A stretch of DNA of 64,000 bases, from contig OX597828.1 in NCBI GenBank assembly GCA_951406725.2, positions 61,504,001 through 61,568,000 of the forward strand. Direction: 5' to 3'. The notes below the pieces were generated by a model that saw only the letters and a program-made list of their open reading frames with translations, searched no databases and was not told the origin of the DNA. A program made the position numbers and the translations under genes. This stretch comes from Octopus vulgaris (lineage: Eukaryota). Positions within the stretch are counted from its first letter, which is position 1; every line of letters starts with the position of its first letter. Below, in pieces: positions 54,769 through 64,000 of the stretch.

Positions 54769-55980
54769 CGAGGCTAAAAAGTTTATAGGCTGACCAAGGC
54801 ACTCTCATGGAACGAAAAGTTTATTTTTCAACATAATTCTTCCACTTGCGGTCCATATAATTCTGTTGGTGTTGCAGTGCTAGGATCTCATTGGTTAAGA
54901 AATTTTCATCTTGTTGGCCAATAAAGTCACCAGTAGAAGTTATGACGTCATCAACATTACGCTACTGGATCCTATTCAAGTGTTTTCTCTTGTTGATAGT
55001 CGGATGAATAGTGTAGGTGATCAACCAGTTCCAAGCCACAGTCACGCAATACAGTCATTGATACCAAGAACTTGTGTGTTGGAACATTGATCTGATGAAA
55101 TAAAATCCATTTTGTCAGTTTTCTGAGCGTTTGGTCCTGATAGCCTTTCGTAACTGCCTAAGCAAGTTGGCAGGATACTCTCCATTAATGGCGTGACCCT
55201 TTTGAAGATAGTCAATAAGCACAATGCCTTTCGCGTCCCATAAAACTGAGGCTGTCACCTTCTCTGCAGATGAAACGACTCTGGTCTTCTTTGGAGCAGG
55301 TGAGAATGGGTGTTTCCACGGCATGGACTGTCTTTTTGTCTCTGGCTCAAAGTAATGAAGCCAAGACTCAGCTTTGGTTAGAAAACGTCAATGAAACCAA
55401 CTGGATCTGCATCGAACAATGTCAGATTTTTCCGTGATGGGATCAGCTGGTGTGCTTTGGATGAGTTGTCACAAGAAGTGGTACCCACCGAGCAGAATGC
55501 TTCGTCATGCTAAGTTCACTGTGCAAATTCTCAACTCTCTCACGGGATATGTTAACAGCATTGGCTATTTGATTCATAATCAATTGTCTTCCAGCCATCA
55601 TCATATGGTAAACATGACCAATGTCTTCCTCGGGGGTGGCAATTTCAAAGACCTTGGGTCATCATCAAGATTCTCTGTTCCTCTTTTGAATTCAGCTGCC
55701 AACTTTTGCACTGTTGGTAAAGCTGGAGCGTCATTCCCTAATGTAGAAACCATGTCAGCATGAATGCTATTGAGGACTAAACCTTTTTTCTGCAAGTACA
55801 TCACGATACCAAATTTTGTCCATTTTCAATAGAAGTCACTACTAGTTACTTTTGAAGTCCTCTTTCAACAGTCAGATGTCACTTTACATGGACAGAAACA
55901 ATGCAGTTATTAATAAGAAGATTTGAAATTAATGCATGCAAGATTTCACAGCTCTACCAACACTCCTTAATAGTTAGCCT
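54769..55980 (-). mobile_element. Decayed mariner transposon
   Basis: Fragments IHADMVSTLGNDAPALPTVQKLAAEFKRG...DDPRS and KVTASVLWDAKGIVLIDYLQKGHAINGEY; TA-cgagg terminus. Confidence 0.88.
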
Positions 55981-56354
55981 AATCGGACATGATACGCCCT
56001 TTCAATGTAGGATTAACATGATATATTTCATTCAACGCTGCTTCAAGCGACATTATTTATTTGATTCTAGCATCAACAAGGATAAGCACATCAGCAAACA
56101 TACCATTTTCTGTTTTCATAAGTATAGTTCTATGCTAACCGGAAAGTGAATGAGTTATTTTCCAGAGCAGCCATAGCGAAATGGCGCAGAAACGCATGCA
56201 TCCTATGATCCAATAACGTCACTCACAACCCAAAATGAAATGTTTAGACAAGCCTTGGTGGAGGATGTTCTCCCGAGACTATTCCAACAGCAAACGGTCT
56301 TATCACGTCCGATTACACTCGAACGTGTTAAATATTAATCTACACAAACATACA

Positions 56355-56397
<43 letters not shown>

Positions 56398-57201
56398 AGA
56401 GAGAGAGAGAGAGAGAGAATGGGGGAGAGAAAGAAATATGAACGAAGTCGGGCATTAATAACTTTCATGTTTTTCGGCGTTCATGCATACCTTCTTCCAG
56501 TTATACACAGTAATAGTTCACAACATTCTTTGGAGAATGGAACCTGAGATATAAAGACTTAAACAATCAATTCTTTGAATCAAGTTTCGTGATGTGCCAT
56601 TTAATCTGAAATATACTCCTTTCTCACCCTCTACTGTTAGTATATTTCTTTTCTTCCGAAATGTGATTATCTTCATGAAAGAAGTAACAGGCGGTTGAAA
56701 TAAACATATAACTTTCTACTACTTTCTAGATATGTCGCTACTTGTAAACGATACACTAGAAAATTATACGTCTTCATAAAAAGCATACTTAATGAGACGA
56801 AAATTTTCACAGATTTACTTTTACAGTTCATTTTATACGCGATTTGCGTTCTAGAAATTAACAATATCGTATGTGCGTGCATATGTGTGTGTATGTGTGT
56901 CTAGGTGCGAGTGTGGGTGTGTGTGAATAAGACAGGAAGAGAAAGAAAGACTGTGAAAGAGAAATGAACACAATGAGACAGGGGTCTTTGAGTGTGTATA
57001 TTTGTGTGAATGTATGCATTTGTATTTCCAAGCTCAACGAGCGGATGATGAATCATTCATATCCGTTTAGTCCACATCGAAAGTCATATCAAAACATTAC
57101 AAAGATCATGTTAAGGACTTTCTGTTCCTCTATATTTCTCTCCCTCTCTCTCTCCTCTCTCTTTCCCTCTCTTTCTATCGCTCTTTCTCTCTCACTGTAT
57201 A

Positions 57202-57238
<37 letters not shown>

Positions 57239-57242
57239 GTAT

Positions 57243-58579
57243 ATAGCAGAGACACCCGGCGTTGCTCGGGATTAAAATGGCATAGTTTGTATATATATTA
57301 TAATTATGTTGAAACATGTGATATGGGAAAGTGCAGCATTGACAACAAAACATTTGTGGAGTAAATGATGGGCTAATTCCACTAAGCAACATGCTATGTG
57401 TCTGTCTGGAGTATTTTGGGCTCTAACCTGTGTGTGTGTGTGGGGGGGGTATGTGATTTTTGAACGCACCGAAAAGCTGTTAGTGGATATACTCTCTTTT
57501 GCAGCAGTCGGTGCTGTGTCTAACACGACCCATCACCTGAAATATTGACACCTCCTTCGGGGTTGTTGTCCTACATCACCCATAAAGTAAATTTGGAGGA
57601 ACTGTGGTTGTTCCTTTGTGGGTAACATGGAACTAATGAGGTGATAGACTTGCCCTTGAACTTTAACGTCGTCGTAAATTCATGTTTATCTATCTTCAAA
57701 CGATGTCATTTGCAGAGTTGTATTGTTTGATATTGTTGAGAACATCCTTTGACTGGATGGAAATGCCTTCTAGAAGATCCATAAGAGGTTGAAAAGGAGC
57801 TGGTAGTGCTGGCAATGTTATCTGGCCGCCTGAGCAGAACATACCATTTGTTTCATTTGGAAATTTGAAAGCTCTACAGAAAAGACAATTTGTACTTAGC
57901 GCACCAATCTGGACAGAGTTATCATTTTTATAAAAATGGGATGGATCGTATCTGAAAACAGATTCAGGAGTTGTGAAGAACGAATTTGTACGTAGTCTGT
58001 TTCTGAGAGCTATTCTATTGGACCTCTGTCTAATCATTAAAACATTGATTTAATGATCCAGCATCAAGTGCTGCAACATGCATTTACTGATGTCGAGAAA
58101 ATCTCATACAGCTTCTCTCTTCATACCCTCGCGTTCGGTTTTCTACAATCCTCTTTGCTTTATCCTTGTTTCTGGAGAGATTAAGTCCTTTCTTTCGTGG
58201 CATATTTTCCCCATTATTGTAAACGAAAAAATATGAACTTAGAAAGAAATTATACATTAATCCCTACTTTTGTATGCAGTTGTATCCGTAAAATATTTAT
58301 TTGAAGAAAGCAGAAATTAAAAGAAGAGAAAGCGAAAAGAATAAAGAAAAAAAGTGAAAGATGTATGTACGTGTATATGAAATGGATGTGTGTGTAAGTG
58401 CGTGCGGGCTTGTGCGTGTGTATGTGAGAGAGAAAGAGGGTGAGAAAGATAGATAGAGTGAGTGAATGAAGATGTCTGTCGTGATGAGTGATGAACAATA
58501 CTCGAACGCGTTCGGATGAACAATACTCGAGTTATAAGCCCACAAAACAGACAGACGGAACGAATTTTATATATTAAGA
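57243..58579 (-). mobile_element. Internally deleted Helitron retaining an N-terminal Rep/helicase fragment
   Basis: 5' TC (tcttaatatataaaattcg), 3' cccgagcaacgccggg hairpin plus CTAT; ORF 57696-58037 IGALSTNCLFCRAFKFPNETNGMFCSGG..LP...NIKQYNSA, then FKVQGQVYH and QIYFMGD. Confidence 0.88.
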
Positions 58580-58819
58580 TGAGACGAAAAAAACAGCTTG
58601 ACTTAGTAAAAAGAGTAATCAAATCGTCCTCAAACTACACTCTTTCGTCTGAAAGCGACACAGTGGATAATGTAGTGATAAACAAAAATCGGTTATGGTC
58701 ATTCCTGGAATACAGTTGATGAGGGTTAAACAATAACATCAACAACGTGATTTATAAGCAATGTAATATTGAATAATGCAGTCAGTATCAAATCCTTTCA
58801 TACGAGAATGAATGAATGA

Positions 58820-59473
58820 ATGAAGGAGGGAAGGAAGGAAGGTAGGAAGGTAGGAAGGAGGGAAGGAAGGAAGGAAGGAAGGAAGGAAGGAAGGTAGGAA
58901 GGTAGGAAGGAAGGGAAGAAGGAAGGAAGGAAGGAAGGAAGGAAGGAAGGAAGGAGAGAGGAAGGAAGGAAGAAGGAAGGAAGGAAGGAAGAAAGGAAGG
59001 AAGGAAGGAAGGAAGGAAGGGAGGGAGGGAGAGAGGAAGGAAGGCAGGTAGGAAGGAAGGAAAGTAGGAAGGAAGGAAGGAAGGAAGAAAGAAAGGAAGG
59101 AAGGAAGGTAGGAAGGTAGGAAGGAAGGGAAGAAGGAAGGAAGGAAGGAAGGGAGAGAGGAAGGAAGGGAGGGAGGAAGGAAGATAGGAAGGGAGAGAGG
59201 AAGGAAGGAAGAAGGAAGGAAGGAAGGAAGGAAGGATAGAAGGAAGGGAGAGAGGAAGGAAGGGAGGGAGGAAGGAAGGAAGGTAGGAAGGAAGGAAGGA
59301 AGGATGGAAGGAAGGAAGGAAGGGAGAGAGGAAGGAAGGGAGGGAGGAAGGAAGGAAGGAAGGTAGGAAGGAAGGAAGGAAGGAAGGAAGGAAAGGAAGG
59401 GAGAGAGGAAGGAAGGGAGGAAGGAAGGAAGGAAGGGAGAGAGGAAGGAAAGGAGGGAGGAAGGAAGGAAGGA
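58820..59473. repeat. About 650-bp (GGAA)n-derived polypurine tract
   Basis: Direct inspection. Confidence 0.95.
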
Positions 59474-59513
59474 ATGATGCGTTTGATCTAAATTATTACG
59501 AGAACTATTTATA

Positions 59514-60424
59514 CTAGCGGGACCCGTGAATATTTCATGGAACTAATGGTAAACTTATTGGGTTATTTAATGAAAACTTGATCCAAAAGTCCTCAAAGCG
59601 TAGCCTGCGTTGCGTTCGTATGGAAAGATAGTCGCTCATCTGCTAGTCTTTGAAAAGTGAACGAAATTGAAATACCATGATTATTCATTGCACTTTATAT
59701 ATACACTTTATAAACTTTATGCACAGTTTTATAGACTCAATACACTGCACTCATAAAATAAATATTATTTTTCCATTTTTCCCATAAAAAATATTTCGCC
59801 ATACATATGATACAACCTTTAATTAAATTGCATATATCTGCCACGTAAATAAGCTTGACTATTTTACGGAATTGCACTTATGCGCATGCGTTAAGTAGGG
59901 GACGATATAAAAAAATTAGTTCAATTAAAAAAGAATACACTTTTCACCACCACCACCTCTACCCCCCTCTCTCCCCTTCTCTCCCCACTCTCTCTCCGCC
60001 TTTCTTTAACCTCAGAACATCACCCCTCTGCTAAAATTATATTTCTAACTCTCTCTATATTTCTCTTTCAACCAACATTTTTAACCACGTAACAAAGATT
60101 ACGTCTCCCTACCTCACGTCACGGACGCTTATCTCTCCGCATTTTTCTCTCTCCGTCTTTTTCACACTCCCTCTTTTTCTTTCTCCCTCTTTCTGTCTCA
60201 CTCTTTGCCTTCTCTTTTTCTCTCTCCTATTTTCTTTCTCCCTCTTGTTTTCTCTTTCCTTCCAACTAATCACGTGAAAACATTACGGGCGGGATAAGTA
60301 ACGAAATGACTAGCAGAATATCTGAAGCCATTTTTAACCATTGGTATAAGGAATATTCTGAAAACATTTCAATGCATTGATTTCGCTATTTTAAAAAAGG
60401 AAGTCTTCTTTTATATAATAAGGA
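59514..60424 (-). mobile_element. Non-autonomous Helitron-like element
   Basis: Minus-strand 5' tccttattatataaaag and 3' hairpin ccatgaaatattcacggg ... CTAG followed by T. Confidence 0.65.
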
Positions 60425-62489
60425 TTTAAATTCAGTTTAGAGTCTAAAAATGTATTTATGGTTGGTTTTGGGTAAAAAAATATCAGTACAATAAGCTCGT
60501 AAAAGGAATGAGTTTGACCTGAGTAAACGAAAACTTTAAAGAAGAAGAAAATAAAAAGGAAGAATATAACGAGGGTTTCATGACATCTTTTATACGCTTC
60601 GACTTTATCATGGGGTAATGTCAGGGCCAAAGCATTAGAATTATTTTTCTCATGGTACACAAGCTTATTCTATTTTATGAACTATAAAAAACATGGGTAA
60701 CTTAGGTGTTTATAGACATTTTAAGAAATGTCCAAAAGAAACTTGACCAGATTATTTCAAAATACTTAAATTTTAAATTCTATGACAACATATATATATT
60801 TTAATATCTAGAGGGTTATGTGCGAAATTGCAGAGTAGACACAGTGCTAGGAGCACCAGATTATACTTCATAAATTAAAATAAACTTCAGGTGATTCGTT
60901 TCCTTTAGCTTAGAGTAATTTATTCTGTTTCAGTTCATTATAGTTATGAGCACTAGGTGTTTCTTGAAGAAAGAGAGAGAGAGAGAAATGTACAATGAAT
61001 TGTGGGTGTGGATTGACTGTATTTCCAACTCTTACAGAAACTTTAACCAAAATCAAAGGTTATCAATAATTCATTTTCAAGACACTTTATTCCGCTTCTG
61101 CTTTTACCAAAGATGTTAAAATCTCAATCTCAAAATATTCACCTGTATCTAACTGTAATATTGCTGTTTCATAGACTCCTTATGAGATGTTCTTACACCA
61201 CATAAGATATGCTTATCCTTTCGTTTGTTTCACTATCTGGCCCATTATATGATAAATCGGATGAGAATTTGGATGAAAAAATGTATGTCAAGAAGTGTGA
61301 GAAAGAAAATGGTCTATAAATTAGTTTTCTGGCAAATACACCTACAAAAAGTAGTAGTTAGGTTAGTTTAAGTTCTAAATATTTCTTATCCATCCAAGTG
61401 AACTCATTAAATTGTGAATAAAAAATATAAACAAACATGCGGAGGTTCACGTCAGTCACTCAAGTATAAAGAAACAATAACAGAAAAAGAAAAGTAGAGA
61501 GAGAAATGGACAGCATTTAAACATACCTAGCATTTAAACATTGTGCAGTGTACTTCACAAAATTAAACAGTTTCAAATATCTCCCGACTCTCACCTAAGA
61601 GTTTGTTCACTCGTTACAACTTTTGTAAGTAAATTTCGTGTTTTTCTGGAACGTAAAACGTATTTAGATGTACTGAGGATTTTTTAAAACTTTGATGAAT
61701 ATCCTCCAGTCAGCGCTGCTTGAGTAAAGCTCTCATACGATGGTTTCTAGTCGAATGTAAAGTATTGAGTAGCGTATTCTTGCTTTACTATCGTTGTTTT
61801 AAGTAGGAAATACCAGAATTAAAACAAAATATTTAGCCTAGCCTACAATGAAACGAAATATTTAATGTAAGAGAGTTTTGACTGAAGGAATTATAGTTGT
61901 TAGATTTGATGTCTGAATTTTAAAATCCTGAGCAACAAAACTTAAATTTCTCGCGTTTTCTTCATTTTACCCAAATCGTGTTTCCTATACTCATAAAACC
62001 TGAACGCATCATACCACATTCAAGAAGTAATATATTTGCAACCTTTGCAGTGACATAAATGATGGGAATTTAAAGAGTTAAAAAAGTCTCTAGAAAATAC
62101 AAAATATAAGATATTAATTGTTACTTTCGGTACACTACAATTACATTCAGTAAATAAATTTTCACAAGAAAATAAAAATCAGCAGTAGATTTCTTTTTAC
62201 TATAACATGTTTAGCTGACGTGTGAGCAGGCAAGTCCATACATGCCAATCAGTAAACATTTAATAAGTGTATGTGAAAACAAATATATCACCAAAATACC
62301 TCGCCTTCTTACAGATCAGATGCGTACACTTGAAAATATAAACGATGTCTGAGTAAGATGTAACAACATATCGAACAGACAAATGTGTTGCAGGTCTCTG
62401 CCTAGAATCTCAAACTTTGTCTCACTGTTTTCCAGTTGAGAAATCTTTAAAAACAAAAGGGTCTTTAAAATTAAATAATGATGTAATCA

Positions 62490-62632
62490 AGAGACCAACC
62501 ATTAGTTTTCATTGGAGAAAATATCAAACTGATTGATTGACGGAAGTAAAACAAATGGAATTCCACAAATGCTTTGAATGACATCATGAGGGAACTAACC
62601 AATCAGGATTATTCATCCCTACTATATAAAAC
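62490..62632 (+). promoter_or_regulatory. Candidate Pol II core promoter (CCAAT boxes plus TATA)
   Basis: attgg at about 62511, cggaagt at about 62541, aaccaatcag at about 62597 and ctatataaaa at about 62622, in unique sequence. Confidence 0.35.
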
Positions 62633-62866
62633 AAATAACTACGAGAACAAGAAAAAATTACAAATGAAAGTTTGATATTTAACTTTATGTCGACAACAAA
62701 CACTGTCAAATATGAAAAATTGCCGAACAAGGTCCCACAAAAGATTTAGAGTGGATTCATATGAGACACGACTTCTAACAATCATGAAATTACAAAACTG
62801 GCCAACTAAATATTAATATATTTTCATATAGACTTCAAGTGTATTTTCAATTTCTTTTCTTTTCTC

Positions 62867-62916
<50 letters not shown>

Positions 62917-62917
62917 C

Positions 62918-62950
<33 letters not shown>

Positions 62951-63167
62951 TGCGTGTGGGTGTGAGTATGTGTGTATGTGTGTTGTGTATTGATATATAA
63001 ATATTAAGATGTAACATATATGAATATATATATATATACATACATACATGTACACTCTTACAAACACACACACGTACGCACACATGCACACGCACACACA
63101 TACACACATACACACATGTGTGTGTTGCAATTCATGTATATATATATATATGTTCATGTAAATGTAC

Positions 63168-63232
<65 letters not shown>

Positions 63233-63682
63233 CATACATGCAGTTTTCTAGATGGTTAATTGCCACATCAGTGATTCTTCAATAATTATTTTCCTACATC
63301 AGCGACGACAAGATTTTGTCTTAATATGCCAGTGGCTACCTACTATTGACGGAGCCCAAAAAAGCAGAAACGCTCACCGAGCAATATCAACACCGCTTCT
63401 AGTAGACGATCTTTCCATCTGCTGTTGATATATTTCCCGTTATTTAACATTGTACATCTATGAAAGATATTACTTCAGGATGAATACTAAAGTTAATAAG
63501 GCTTTTCCTGATGTACCTGGATTCAGTGCGATACACAGATTGCTGTTTTAAATTAATGCTGTTTCTACTGCGGATAACGAATATATACATGTCTGTGTGC
63601 GTGTGTGTGCACATTGAAATATGCAACAAAAATATATATAAGAAAATGTAGTAACCATATGAAAAATATCAAGAAAGACACG

Positions 63683-63786
<104 letters not shown>

Positions 63787-64000
63787 AAAAGGAAAGACAA
63801 TAATATAAAATAAACGGTTATAAGTTGTTTATAGTACGGAAATCATTAATAGTGGCAATAAGATTAGATTTAAAGTAAAATGAAAAAATAGAAAAGCGAA
63901 TCAAACCGGCTGTAATATTTGTAAAGCTTTAACAGAGAAGTCAAGTGTCAAAATGGTGAATGTGCGCTGTGATTTATGGAGCTACAACAGACTCTTGGGA

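Noticed and set aside
63383-63432. Imperfect hairpin atatcaaca...tgttgatat as a possible pre-miRNA
   Set aside because: The stem is too short and interrupted, and I recognise no mature miRNA

Overview
AT-rich, microsatellite-dense animal genomic DNA. The SINE repertoire and repeat density point to an octopus (coleoid cephalopod), which is an inference. I found no convincing host protein-coding gene; most listed ORFs are microsatellite translations. The window is a nest of mobile elements: tRNA-derived SINEs, restriction-like-endonuclease LINEs (R4/Dong-like in (TAA)n, Hero-like, and a (TACA)n-associated family), RTE and CR1/L2 fragments, three mariner elements, one Tc1, four Helitron-type elements, a MITE and two Penelope-like elements (PLEs) with inverted pseudo-LTRs. 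The strongest signal is about 10 loci with minimal type-I hammerhead ribozyme motifs (CYGANGA...GAAA, palindromic stem III, NUH). They lie in the PLE repeats and in small non-coding fold-back elements inserted in (TA)n. In one element the fold-back apex falls at the predicted ribozyme cleavage site, and several loci carry a CCGANGA (U4C) core variant. A decayed Naiad-like PLE has TGA at a conserved Cys of its zinc knuckle, a possible selenocysteine relic. All alignments and folds were read by eye, so boundaries are approximate.
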